Virus record (IMG/VR): IMGVR_UViG_3300028374_000002
Span: 96,001 to 160,000 of that record
Direction: 5' to 3' (one strand)
From: a virus
Taxonomy: Duplodnaviria > Caudoviricetes
DNA: 64,000 bases
Position 1 is the first letter of the stretch, and each line of letters begins with the position of its first letter. The position numbers and the translations under genes were made by a program. The notes below the pieces were generated by a model. It saw only the letters and a program-made list of their open reading frames with translations, made no database searches and had not been told where the DNA came from. Shown in pieces: positions 1-9,840 of this stretch.

Positions 1-2
1 TA

Positions 3-410
3 AAACAATCTTCGTGGAAGAGTGTGGCTGTTATGAAGATAGATGATGACTTACCAGAGTATTATTCTTGGTTTCTGAAGAATAGGTTTAATTTACAACT
101 CAACAAACCCCTTAGAGGTTCACATGTTACCGTTATTAATGATGTTATAGATAGTAGCATATATGAGCAGTCTAGGTCTATATTCCATAAGAAGGAAATA
201 AGTATAGAGTATGATCCCACATTCATAAGATGCAATGATAAGGGTCATTGGTGGATAAAAGTTTATTCAAATGATATTGATAACATAAGAAGTGCAATGG
301 GGTTAGGAAAACCTTATTTTGGATTACATCTGACTTTGGGTAGAGCAACACATTTACAATTAGAACACTCTAACTATATAAGAAAGGTAATTATGAGGCA
401 TAATATCTAG
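3..410 (+). CDS. 2H phosphoesterase-family protein (5'-truncated by window edge)
   Basis: Two HxT motifs (GSHVTVI, LHLTLG) about 70 aa apart; the frame is open from position 3 (KQSSWKSVAVMK...), so the true start lies upstream. Confidence 0.65.
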   Translation, partial: KQSSWKSVAVMKIDDDLPEYYSWFLKNRFNLQLNKPLRGSHVTVINDVIDSSIYEQSRSIFHKKEISIEYDPTFIRCNDKGHWWIKVYSNDIDNIRSAMGLGKPYFGLHLTLGRATHLQLEHSNYIRKVIMRHNI

Positions 411-546
411 TATTTTTATCCTAAATTAAAAAAAATTATATATTATTTATTTATATATCATGATGTTGCATGTTTTTGTCGATTTAAAAATATACAACAT
501 CAACTTTTCTGCTAAATCATATATAATATCCAAATAAGATGTTAAT

Positions 547-1383
547 ATGATAAAAGCAGATAAATATTATTTAGACAATTTAAATAAAATAATTAACGAA
601 GGGACTTGGGATGAAAATCCTAGACCTAGATATAAAGATAGTACACCTGCCTATTGTAAATTTATTACAGGAGTATTCGAAGAATATGACCTATCTAAGA
701 ATGAATTTCCGATAACAACATTAAGAAATACTGCAACAAAAACTGGTATTAAAGAAATATTATGGATATACCAAAAACAGACTAGTTCATTAGAAGTAGC
801 TAGAGAATTGGGTATAAAATGGTGGGACGAATGGGATGTTGGTGATGGCACTATAGGCCAGAGATATGGTGCTACTATTAAAAAGTATAATTTAATGGAT
901 AATCTACTCTATAACCTAAAAAATAATCCATTTTCAAGAAGGCACATAATAGATATGTTCCAATATCAAGACTTGAACGAAACAGAGGGATTATTTCCTT
1001 GTGCCTATTCAACCTCTTGGTCAGTAAGAAATTATCAAGGATCTTATTACTTAGATATGACACTAAACCAACGTTCTAATGATTACATAATGGCTGGGTA
1101 TATAAATAAGATACAATATGTAGCCTTTCAAATGATGGTTGCTAAACATTGTGGATATAGAGTGGGCAAATTCTGTCATTTGGTTCAAAATTTACATGTA
1201 TATGATAGACATATGGATGCTTTAAAAGAAATACTAGATAGAACTCCCCTAGATAACCATCCAATCCTAGAACTTAATACAGAAGAAAACACAGATTTTT
1301 ATAGCTTTTCATTACAACACTTCAAAGTATTAAACTCAACAGGTACTAAGAAAATAAAGAGTAATCTAGAAATTGCAATCTAA
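547..1383 (+). CDS. thyA: Thymidylate synthase
   Basis: GLFPCAY catalytic Cys, QRSND, dUMP-specifying Asn in INKIQY, LHVYDRH. Confidence 0.95.
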   Translation: MIKADKYYLDNLNKIINEGTWDENPRPRYKDSTPAYCKFITGVFEEYDLSKNEFPITTLRNTATKTGIKEILWIYQKQTSSLEVARELGIKWWDEWDVGDGTIGQRYGATIKKYNLMDNLLYNLKNNPFSRRHIIDMFQYQDLNETEGLFPCAYSTSWSVRNYQGSYYLDMTLNQRSNDYIMAGYINKIQYVAFQMMVAKHCGYRVGKFCHLVQNLHVYDRHMDALKEILDRTPLDNHPILELNTEENTDFYSFSLQHFKVLNSTGTKKIKSNLEIAI

Positions 1384-1399
1384 AAATAATAACAACAAC

Positions 1400-1888
1400 A
1401 TGGATAATAACATAGAAGAAAGGGATTATAAAACAACTCTAGTTGAAAGTATTAGAAAAATTGACACAGAAGATTTAGATGACGATGTTAATCAAGATAC
1501 AAAAGTAGAGATAGTAAATAAACAAAAAGTATATTTTTGGATACGCCTCTACATGAAAGAAGAAAATAATGATATAAAGATTGGTAATAAAATCAATATA
1601 AAGTGGTTAAGAAGTGGCGAAAGCCTAGATACTATATTTACTGCCTATGGTAAAAAAGGATTGGAGAAAGATGAAGATGGTATAACAGAAAGTAAAGAAG
1701 ATGATAATAGAATACTATGTCTAATGGTCGATAGTGAAAAGATTAATTATAGCAAAGATATCCCATTCATAAGAACCTTGTTTAGAACTGGCTATCACTA
1801 TGAAGACCAACTTATAAAAAGAGATGAACTCATCTTCTACAAAGATGAGGAAGATATACTAATTGATTATTATGACATAGATTTCTAG
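1400..1888 (+). CDS. Hypothetical protein
   Basis: Open frame; likely start MDNNIEER after the thyA stop; no recognisable motif. Confidence 0.7.
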   Translation: MDNNIEERDYKTTLVESIRKIDTEDLDDDVNQDTKVEIVNKQKVYFWIRLYMKEENNDIKIGNKINIKWLRSGESLDTIFTAYGKKGLEKDEDGITESKEDDNRILCLMVDSEKINYSKDIPFIRTLFRTGYHYEDQLIKRDELIFYKDEEDILIDYYDIDF

Positions 1889-1950
1889 AAAAGGTGAAAA
1901 AAGAGTTTTTTATTTAATATATACATTATAAAAACAAAATAAAATATTGT

Positions 1951-2313
1951 ATGAAAAATTTAAAAACATTTGAAAGCTTCTCTACTAATGAAGGTATGAA
2001 AGATAGTTTTAACAAAGGTAAAAAAGCTGTTAAAAAATTCTTTAAAGGTCATGAAAGTAAGGAAGATTTTAATAAAGCAGAAAAAGCTTTTATGAAAGAA
2101 CTATCTGATGCTGAAGCCAAAGTCAAAAAAGATGAGGATTCTTTTTCCTTTGATAAGAAAGGCTTACAAGAGCAAGCTAAAGAGAATGATTATCTAGGAA
2201 AATTAGATATGAGAAAGGGTGGTCGTAATAAGAAAATCACTTATGTTGTATATGACAAGGGAACAACAGATTTTAAAAGATTAGCAAGTGATGCTAGTGG
2301 TGTAAGAAGGTAA
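1951..2313 (+). CDS. Small charged protein with capsid-targeting-like N-terminus (putative internal head protein)
   Basis: MKNLKTFESF N-terminus; TTAATATATA at 1914-1923; terminator downstream. Confidence 0.6.
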   Translation: MKNLKTFESFSTNEGMKDSFNKGKKAVKKFFKGHESKEDFNKAEKAFMKELSDAEAKVKKDEDSFSFDKKGLQEQAKENDYLGKLDMRKGGRNKKITYVVYDKGTTDFKRLASDASGVRR

Positions 2314-2346
2314 AACGGACACATAGTATCTATTAAATTAAATAAG

Positions 2347-2377
2347 AAATCACTCTATGTAAATGGAGTGATTTTTT
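2347..2377 (+). terminator. Rho-independent terminator
   Basis: AAATCACTC / GAGTGATTT stem followed by a T run. Confidence 0.7.
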
Positions 2378-2443
2378 ATTTTTAAAATAATTTATAACTT
2401 TTTGGTTTACTTCTACTATAATAGATATATAAAAAATTTATTT

Positions 2444-3970
2444 ATGCTAGTAGAAACACAATATCTGAAACACAAAAAGAAATTAGTTGTTAGTTATGTT
2501 GATAAATCAGGTGACATAAAACTAAAATATTATAATTGGGACAATCCAATGAAGTATGAGACTTGTCAAGATGATGACCCGTACCAACACCCAAAGTACA
2601 AATCGTGGGATGATAAGAGAGTTAAACAAGTAGAGGTATCATATCCCGATAGATACACTGTATATGAATTTTTAGATGCTCTCCCAGAAGAAGAAAAGGA
2701 TGAAATATTTGCATTCAATACTCCTAAAATATTCTTTATTGACATTGAGACAGAAATTGTAGATGGATTTCCAGAAGCAGCAGATGTATATGATAATGAC
2801 GAAAATCTAGTAAAAGAAGGAGCAGCAACAAAAGTCTTATCAATATCAATTGTATACGATGATAAAATTATCCTATTAGGTCTTAAAGATATGCCTAAAG
2901 CCATGCAAGATCGTATAAGAAACAACACTAACAAGTATTTTGAAAAATTTGGTGTTGAATACAAATTAAGATATGTTAAATACGATGACGAGTTTGATAT
3001 GATGTATAACTTCTTTCATAAAATGATTCCAAAAATGCCAGTCTTAACTGGTTGGAACTTTTTAAAGTATGACTGGTTATACCTAGTAAATAGATCTAGA
3101 AAACTTTCTAAAACAATTAACGGAAAAGAATATGTCATAGATCCTAAAGTATCGTCACTTACTAATAAAATAACTAAACAATGGGGTGCTGAATTTGAAC
3201 TACCTGCACATAGAATGGTATTTGACTATATGCAACTATATGAAATAGCAGACACATCTATCAAAGTTAAAGAAAGTTCTTCTCTAGATTTTGTAGCTAG
3301 TAAGCTAGTTGATGTAGAGAAAATAAAATACAATGGTTCTTTACAAAAGCTATATGAAGATGACTTCGAAACTTTTATGTATTATAATGCAGTTGATTCA
3401 GTCTTAGTACAAAAAATACACGAATCTAGAAATTATATATCAATAATATTTGCTATATCATCATTATCAAGAATAAGAATTGTGGATGTTATATCTCATA
3501 TGAACAACTCGTTAGCATCATTAGCAATAACAGAAGGTGTCCTTAGAAACAGATTCAGGGAACAAGATAATACTGTTTTGTTTAAAGAAGATAGAGGACC
3601 TGTACAGTCCACAATAAAAGGTGGATGGGTTAGAGATCCTGTTGTGGGGCTTAATCAGTGGGTTGTTTGTTATGATTTTGCTTCTCTATATCCAACAACA
3701 CAAAGGCAATTTTTCATATCACCAGAAAACTTCGTTGGTATCCAAAAACCAAATGATAAAACAAGATGTACCAACGAAAAACCAATAGATAGTGTAAATC
3801 ATGTCGTGTGTGCCAATGGAACAGTGTTTAACAAGCGTTTATCACCAACACTTAGAATGTTAGAAGATGTATATGCAGATAGAAAGAAGAATAAAAAAAT
3901 TATGATGCAGAAAAAAGAAGAACTTAAACGCCTTACTAATAAGATATCTAGGCTAGAATCTGAAATATAG
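2444..3970 (+). CDS. polB: Family B DNA polymerase, N-terminal half only (exonuclease + motif A + first finger helix)
   Basis: Exo I DIETE, Exo II GWNFLKYD, Exo III YNAVD, Pol motif A YDFASLYP; ends in the fingers region without motif B (KxxxNSxYG) or motif C (DTDS). Confidence 0.88.
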   Translation: MLVETQYLKHKKKLVVSYVDKSGDIKLKYYNWDNPMKYETCQDDDPYQHPKYKSWDDKRVKQVEVSYPDRYTVYEFLDALPEEEKDEIFAFNTPKIFFIDIETEIVDGFPEAADVYDNDENLVKEGAATKVLSISIVYDDKIILLGLKDMPKAMQDRIRNNTNKYFEKFGVEYKLRYVKYDDEFDMMYNFFHKMIPKMPVLTGWNFLKYDWLYLVNRSRKLSKTINGKEYVIDPKVSSLTNKITKQWGAEFELPAHRMVFDYMQLYEIADTSIKVKESSSLDFVASKLVDVEKIKYNGSLQKLYEDDFETFMYYNAVDSVLVQKIHESRNYISIIFAISSLSRIRIVDVISHMNNSLASLAITEGVLRNRFREQDNTVLFKEDRGPVQSTIKGGWVRDPVVGLNQWVVCYDFASLYPTTQRQFFISPENFVGIQKPNDKTRCTNEKPIDSVNHVVCANGTVFNKRLSPTLRMLEDVYADRKKNKKIMMQKKEELKRLTNKISRLESEI

Positions 3971-4008
3971 GTAGGCGAAGTCATATAATATATAAGTAAA
4001 TAATTCAG

Positions 4009-5793
4009 ATGATGAAAGATAATTACTATGTTTATGCACTATTAGATTCGTCTAAACCTGGTGACTATGCTTATAAAAATATAACTTTCAATTATGAACC
4101 CTTTTACATAGGTAAGGGGATTGGTAATAGAATAAAAGAAACACTACATGATAAATCCCCCTTTAAAAGAAACAAGATATCAAAGCTCAAAGAAGAAGGT
4201 ATTGAGATTATAAGTTTTAAAATAAAAATAGAATTATCTAACGAAGATGCTATTCTGTATGAAAAGGAATATATTAAGGTTATTGGAAGAAGAGACAAAT
4301 CAGCTGGTACATTAATAAATTTAACTGATGGTGGTGATGGTAGGCTTAGTAGTAAACCTTCTCAAATAACAAAAAATAAAATATCAAAAACCTATTTAGC
4401 TAAGAATCTAAAGTGGAATCATAAAAAAGAAATTTTAAACAAAATGTCAGACATGCAAAAGGGAAAGGGAAATGGTTTTTATGGCAAGAAACATAGTGAA
4501 GAAACCAAAGACAACCATTCTAATTTAATAAGTGGAAATAACCACCCTATGTATGGAAAGACACATAGTGATGATGTAAAAGCTAAACTTAAAAAACACA
4601 GAGCAAATAAGGTTTCAAATGAGAGTATAAGAAAGGCTTGTCAAGTATTTAATAAAGAAGTTGAAATGTTTGACCTAGATATGAATTATATAAATCTATT
4701 TGATTCAGTCAAATCTGCATCACTAGAAACTAACATAAATGAGTCTATAATATCTAAGTGTTGCAGAGGCGATATCAAAGACCCCACTAGGTATTATTTT
4801 AAATATAAGAATGATTCTGACAATATTAAACAAAACAAGTTTCTGATAAATAAAAATGAGTATTTCTACTATAAAAAAGAAAAGTATAAGCTTGTAAAAA
4901 GAAACAAAAAAACATGTATCTGCCTTGATAGTGATAACCAAGAGATAGTTATACATATAAAAGATTTTAAATATATATTCGAAAAGGCAGAAAACAACTC
5001 AAATATAACTGAACTATTTATGTTTATTAGAAGCATGGACAATACTGCAATATTATTAAATGATGTCATAACATCTAAAAAATTAAAGATAAAATATTGT
5101 GATATCATAAAATATAGCGAAATATTTAGCTCAGATAAAATGACCAAGGAAGACTTTGATGTTATAATATTCAGCGATGAGTGGAAAGATAAAAAAGAAA
5201 TAATAAAATATAGATTAATTAACTTGTATGGGAAGTCTAAAAAAATTGGTGCAAGGAAATGTGATATACGAGAAATAAAGGACAATAGTCTAATTAGAAC
5301 ATTTTTAAACGATAACCATCTACAAGGATTTGTTGGATCTAAAGTAAAGATAGGATTATTCTATGAGGATGAATTAGTATCGCTTATAACATTTGGTTCT
5401 CTTAGAAAGAATTTAGGACAGAAGAGCAAAAAAGACTATTATGAACTTCTTAGGTTCTGTAACAAAAGAGGATTTTCTATAATGGGTGGTGCATCAAAAT
5501 TATTTAAGTATTTTTTAAAAAAATACAATCCCAAGTATATTCTAAGCTATGCTGACTATCGTTGGAGCGAGGGTAATTTATACAAAAAGTTAAATTTCAA
5601 GTATTTAAACAAAACAATATCAAATTACTTCTATATAATAGATTATAATAGAAAGAATAGGTTCAACTTTAGAAAAGACATATTAGTTTCGAATGGGTAT
5701 GATATAAATAAAACTGAAGTTGATATAATGCACGAACAACACCATTATAGAATATGGGATATAGGATCACTAAAATTTACTTATGAAAGATAA
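4009..5793 (+). CDS. GIY-YIG endonuclease + NUMOD3-like motifs + C-terminal Mom-like GNAT domain
   Basis: YYVYALLD...PFYIGKG; HSEETK-type motifs; C-terminal NHLQG / IGLFYEDELVSLITFG / YELLRF / SYAD..GNLYKKLNF. Confidence 0.8.
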   Translation: MMKDNYYVYALLDSSKPGDYAYKNITFNYEPFYIGKGIGNRIKETLHDKSPFKRNKISKLKEEGIEIISFKIKIELSNEDAILYEKEYIKVIGRRDKSAGTLINLTDGGDGRLSSKPSQITKNKISKTYLAKNLKWNHKKEILNKMSDMQKGKGNGFYGKKHSEETKDNHSNLISGNNHPMYGKTHSDDVKAKLKKHRANKVSNESIRKACQVFNKEVEMFDLDMNYINLFDSVKSASLETNINESIISKCCRGDIKDPTRYYFKYKNDSDNIKQNKFLINKNEYFYYKKEKYKLVKRNKKTCICLDSDNQEIVIHIKDFKYIFEKAENNSNITELFMFIRSMDNTAILLNDVITSKKLKIKYCDIIKYSEIFSSDKMTKEDFDVIIFSDEWKDKKEIIKYRLINLYGKSKKIGARKCDIREIKDNSLIRTFLNDNHLQGFVGSKVKIGLFYEDELVSLITFGSLRKNLGQKSKKDYYELLRFCNKRGFSIMGGASKLFKYFLKKYNPKYILSYADYRWSEGNLYKKLNFKYLNKTISNYFYIIDYNRKNRFNFRKDILVSNGYDINKTEVDIMHEQHHYRIWDIGSLKFTYER

Positions 5794-6475
5794 TATAATA
5801 AAACATGAAGCTTTTTACAATATTGTTCAGAAAGATTTTGGACAATACTTCTCAATGATGGCATCTGCTGGTAATTTTTCAAATATTTGTAAACAAATAA
5901 GCTTAATTAGTAAATCTTCATTAGAGTATGGATATAGTGATTTAGAAATAGAAGAAGCTCTAAAACTAGGTACTATGAAGTTTGCAGGGGATTTATTTGA
6001 AATATTTGCAGAGGTGTTCTTCATAATTTACGGCAAAGACAATAGAATAGGTGTATATGACTACTTACCAGTACCAGCAGAAGATGATAATGGGGTAGAC
6101 GGATATGGTAAGAATATTGAAGGTGGTCCATGTACTGTACAAGTAAAGTTTAGAAATAATCCAACGTATGAACTCAAAGAGAGAGATGTAAAACAATTTG
6201 GTCTTAAAAGCATAACAGATTTCAATGTTGACTATGCTAGGAAAGACTCTATGGTTATATTTACAAACTGTGCAGGTCTCCACTGGTATACAAACTCACA
6301 AGTATTCAATGGTCTTTACCGAATAATAAATCAAGAATCTATATGTAAGCTAATTGATAACAACCAAGCATTTTGGGATTCATATGAAGAGGTTGTTTAT
6401 GAAAGCATAAAAAGTATGGAAACTGATAGACTAACTGAGATGTATTCCAAAAAGAATTATAGCTATAAAATATGA
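5783..6475 (+). CDS. Mrr-like PD-(D/E)xK restriction endonuclease domain protein
   Basis: LFEIFAE...DDNGVDG...VQVK arrangement typical of Mrr-type nucleases; overlaps both neighbouring genes. Confidence 0.6.
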   Translation: MKDNIIKHEAFYNIVQKDFGQYFSMMASAGNFSNICKQISLISKSSLEYGYSDLEIEEALKLGTMKFAGDLFEIFAEVFFIIYGKDNRIGVYDYLPVPAEDDNGVDGYGKNIEGGPCTVQVKFRNNPTYELKERDVKQFGLKSITDFNVDYARKDSMVIFTNCAGLHWYTNSQVFNGLYRIINQESICKLIDNNQAFWDSYEEVVYESIKSMETDRLTEMYSKKNYSYKI

Positions 6476-8148
6476 GAGATATAAAAGAAATACTATTAAC
6501 ACTTAATGATGACCAAAGGGAAATGTTTAAACTCTTACAGAATAATACAAGACACCAATTCAGAGTACCTACTGGTGTTGGAAAGGGTTATGTTATGATT
6601 TTGCACATACTTTGGAGGTTGATAAAGACAAGAGATACAAAAGTTGCAATAGCAAGCCATCGTCTTAGTTTAAATAACCAACACCTAAAGGATTTGATAG
6701 ACTTTTTTTGTGAGTTAAAACTAATAGGCAAAGTAAAGTTTCTAACAGTTGGATCTATGTCGCTTGATATTAATAAAGTCTTACAAAAAGATAAAGTACT
6801 AGCTAGAAATTTTAATAACTCACTATTCGATTATAATACAACACAAGATATAAGTTCTAGGCTTACAGTAGATAGAATATTTAGATCATCTTTAAGCACA
6901 GGAGAGATAAATCAGATAGTTAGAGATAATGACTATAATGGCTTTAAAACAGTTATTATATCAACCTATAATAGCCTTAATAAATTAAAAGACATAGACC
7001 TAGATATTATATATTGTGACGAGGCTCATATATTAGCATCTGAAAAAGAAGACTCTGATTTTAAAAAGTCCTATGAAATAATAAATACTAAGAGGCGTTT
7101 CTTCTTCACTGCCACTCCAAAAGATGTTGACAAGGAACTTATAAAAGAGGATGAGTCATCAGAAATATTCCTAATGAACAACAAGGACATATTTGGTGAC
7201 ATCTACCAAGTTCCTTTCAAAAAATGTATTCAGAAATCATATATATCAACGCCAATTATACATATATCACTACCTTCCGAGATATTGGAGGATAAAAACT
7301 ACGACTCTATTGAAAATAAATCTAAGTTTGTAAAAGATACATTCAAATCACATAAAGAATGGTTAAAGAAGAATTCTAACGAACCAAAAACCATATCACC
7401 CAAAATATTAATTAGGTGTGAGTCTGTACCCAGAATGTGGGATATGCATAAAGTACTAACTGAAATTATGCCTGATGTCACTATATGTGCTGGTGCATCA
7501 TACAACAAAGATAAAGAATGCAACCATGCTATAAATAATGAATGGATTAAGAGTAGAGATGAATTTGTGGATAAGATACAAAAGATAAAAGATGATGAAA
7601 AAGTAATTATACTACAGTATGATATATTTAGCGAAGGTATAAATGTACCAGGTATAACTGGTGTTATGTTTTTACAAGGCAAAATGCCAACTAGGGCAAA
7701 AATAATACAAAACGTTGGTCGTTCTACTAGACTTCATAAAATGGATAGAAGTAATATCAGAAAAGGCTTGATAAATAATAATGATTTGTCTAAATGGGTA
7801 AAGCCATACTGTGCAGTAATTCTACCATATTGGGATAGTAGAAGTGAATTTACTAAAGACCAACTTGCTTTTACTATACAAGATATGAGAGATAGGTGGG
7901 GATTTGATCCTAGATTTGAAGTTTCAATAGGAGAAGATATGGCAGAGTCAGAACTAGTCTACCAAGACGATGGACTAAACCGACTTGATAGGAAAAATAA
8001 AAAAGCCTATTTTATAGAATCCATTTTACATAAGATAGAAATTATTGACAAACAAACTAACGAATCTAAGAAACGTGCTTTATTAAATTCTCTATCGCCA
8101 ATAGAATTACTTAAACAAAATAGGATATCTAACTATAAAAACAAATAA
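6472..8148 (+). CDS. SF2 helicase/ATPase (Type III Res / Type ISP-like)
   Basis: PTGVGKG (variant Walker A), CDEAH, FTATP, SEGINVP, QNVGRSTR; ATGA overlap with the upstream nuclease. Confidence 0.8.
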   Translation: MRDIKEILLTLNDDQREMFKLLQNNTRHQFRVPTGVGKGYVMILHILWRLIKTRDTKVAIASHRLSLNNQHLKDLIDFFCELKLIGKVKFLTVGSMSLDINKVLQKDKVLARNFNNSLFDYNTTQDISSRLTVDRIFRSSLSTGEINQIVRDNDYNGFKTVIISTYNSLNKLKDIDLDIIYCDEAHILASEKEDSDFKKSYEIINTKRRFFFTATPKDVDKELIKEDESSEIFLMNNKDIFGDIYQVPFKKCIQKSYISTPIIHISLPSEILEDKNYDSIENKSKFVKDTFKSHKEWLKKNSNEPKTISPKILIRCESVPRMWDMHKVLTEIMPDVTICAGASYNKDKECNHAINNEWIKSRDEFVDKIQKIKDDEKVIILQYDIFSEGINVPGITGVMFLQGKMPTRAKIIQNVGRSTRLHKMDRSNIRKGLINNNDLSKWVKPYCAVILPYWDSRSEFTKDQLAFTIQDMRDRWGFDPRFEVSIGEDMAESELVYQDDGLNRLDRKNKKAYFIESILHKIEIIDKQTNESKKRALLNSLSPIELLKQNRISNYKNK

Positions 8149-8160
8149 ACAAATAAACAA

Positions 8161-9783
8161 ATGATATTAGATATTAAAAACACACATAGTGAAGATTTTA
8201 GATGTTCCTCAGATGTTTACCAAAGTTACTTACTTTCTAGACAATCATCTTTATTTATTACATGTATAGAAGATGTTGCATTAGATAGATTTTCTGATGA
8301 TATAGAATTAAATGACTATATAAAGACACAAGACGTTGTAGATAAAAGACATGGTATTCTAAGCACTCTAGGCGATGATAGATATAAATGGTCATTAATA
8401 AATAATATCTCGTATGAGAAAACATCAATAATAGAAAAGTTAGATAAAATATATAATATATTATCTTCTTATATTCATATTTCAGACCTAGAGAAAAGGA
8501 TAGATACAAAAGTAGTAACACCTTTAGATAAGCTAGGTATACCTATGATTGATATGGTAAGCAGATACAATAATTCATTTTGGGAAAATCCATATCATAA
8601 AATACTAGATCCATGTGGTGGTAGTGGTAGTCTGCTTATACTAGCTATAAAGAAATTTATGGAAGGTCTAAAAAATATTATTACAAACGAGAGAGATAGG
8701 TTTAAATGGATTATTGAAAACTGTATATATTTTGGGGATAAAGATTTAAAAACATGTTTTGTCTGGCTCTGTTGTGTTGATATAAAAAGTGAATATAGAC
8801 TAAATATTTATTGGGGAGATTTTATAGATGATAACTTCGAATACCATATGGAAGAAGTTTGGAGAATAAAAAGGTTTGATCTTATAATACAAGACCCACC
8901 GTTTAAAAAAGTAAACGAAAAGACAGACTCATTTAAAGATGTTTATCATAACTTTATAGAAAAAGCAACCACTATATCAAAACTATCTACTAGTACATCA
9001 CCTGGTAAGTGGCTTGGTAAAGTTGGTAGAAGTGATTTTAGAAATAGAATGATAAATAAGCTTGGTCTTAGAGAAATATACAAAGTAGATGATAACAAGG
9101 TATTTGAAGACTTTGATTTAAAAGGGGGTGCAATTATTTCTATGATTGATAGTGAAAGTAATCCAAAAGATGATGTGCTTGTAAATGGTGAGTATGTTGA
9201 TTTGTCTAAATATGATATAATACCAAATGATACTTCTAAGAATTCATTCTTAATAATAGAAAAAGTAATAAATAAAAAAAATATAACATATAGGTTAAAT
9301 TCTGAAATACATTTTGGAATAATAACTAATGATAAGAGGTTGTATCACGTAGGGCAGTACAAATGCCACGTTTCTAGGTATAAGGGTAATATTAAATATA
9401 TATCAGGTGTTGATGTTCGTTTAAAGAAGATTGGTAGATGGAAGTTACTTCTACCTGCAACTAGTAAAAAAGGAGGAATGGATCAAGAATTTTATAACCG
9501 AAGCGTGATAGCTAAACCAGGAGAAATTTGTAGTCAATCATTTACATTCTTTGATTTTGATACAGAAGAAGAATTATTGGTTTTTAAGAAATACTTAGAA
9601 TCAGATATATTCTCTTACTTAGTAAGACTTCGTAAAATAAAGCAACACATAAACTCAAAGGTTTTTATGTGGGTCCCAGATATAAATATTAAAGAAATAA
9701 TAAAAGATGGGAAAGAACTAGACAATAACTATTTTAGAGACTTACTTGACATACCAAGAGATATAGATTTAAGTTTAAAATAA
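8161..9783 (+). CDS. Amino-methyltransferase with C-terminal target-recognition region (Eco57I-like)
   Basis: Motif I ILDPCGGSGSL, motif IV variant IIQDPPF, C-terminal TRD-like WKLLLP...PGEICSQSF. Confidence 0.7.
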   Translation: MILDIKNTHSEDFRCSSDVYQSYLLSRQSSLFITCIEDVALDRFSDDIELNDYIKTQDVVDKRHGILSTLGDDRYKWSLINNISYEKTSIIEKLDKIYNILSSYIHISDLEKRIDTKVVTPLDKLGIPMIDMVSRYNNSFWENPYHKILDPCGGSGSLLILAIKKFMEGLKNIITNERDRFKWIIENCIYFGDKDLKTCFVWLCCVDIKSEYRLNIYWGDFIDDNFEYHMEEVWRIKRFDLIIQDPPFKKVNEKTDSFKDVYHNFIEKATTISKLSTSTSPGKWLGKVGRSDFRNRMINKLGLREIYKVDDNKVFEDFDLKGGAIISMIDSESNPKDDVLVNGEYVDLSKYDIIPNDTSKNSFLIIEKVINKKNITYRLNSEIHFGIITNDKRLYHVGQYKCHVSRYKGNIKYISGVDVRLKKIGRWKLLLPATSKKGGMDQEFYNRSVIAKPGEICSQSFTFFDFDTEEELLVFKKYLESDIFSYLVRLRKIKQHINSKVFMWVPDINIKEIIKDGKELDNNYFRDLLDIPRDIDLSLK

Positions 9784-9840
9784 TAGATAAAATAATAAAC
9801 TAAATAATTTACATAACTATAAATATAAATAATAAAAAAT

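Noticed and set aside
547-1383. thyA as a dCMP hydroxymethylase indicating modified cytosine
   Set aside because: It keeps the dUMP-specifying Asn (INKIQY) rather than Asp, and no glycosyltransferase or dCTPase is nearby.
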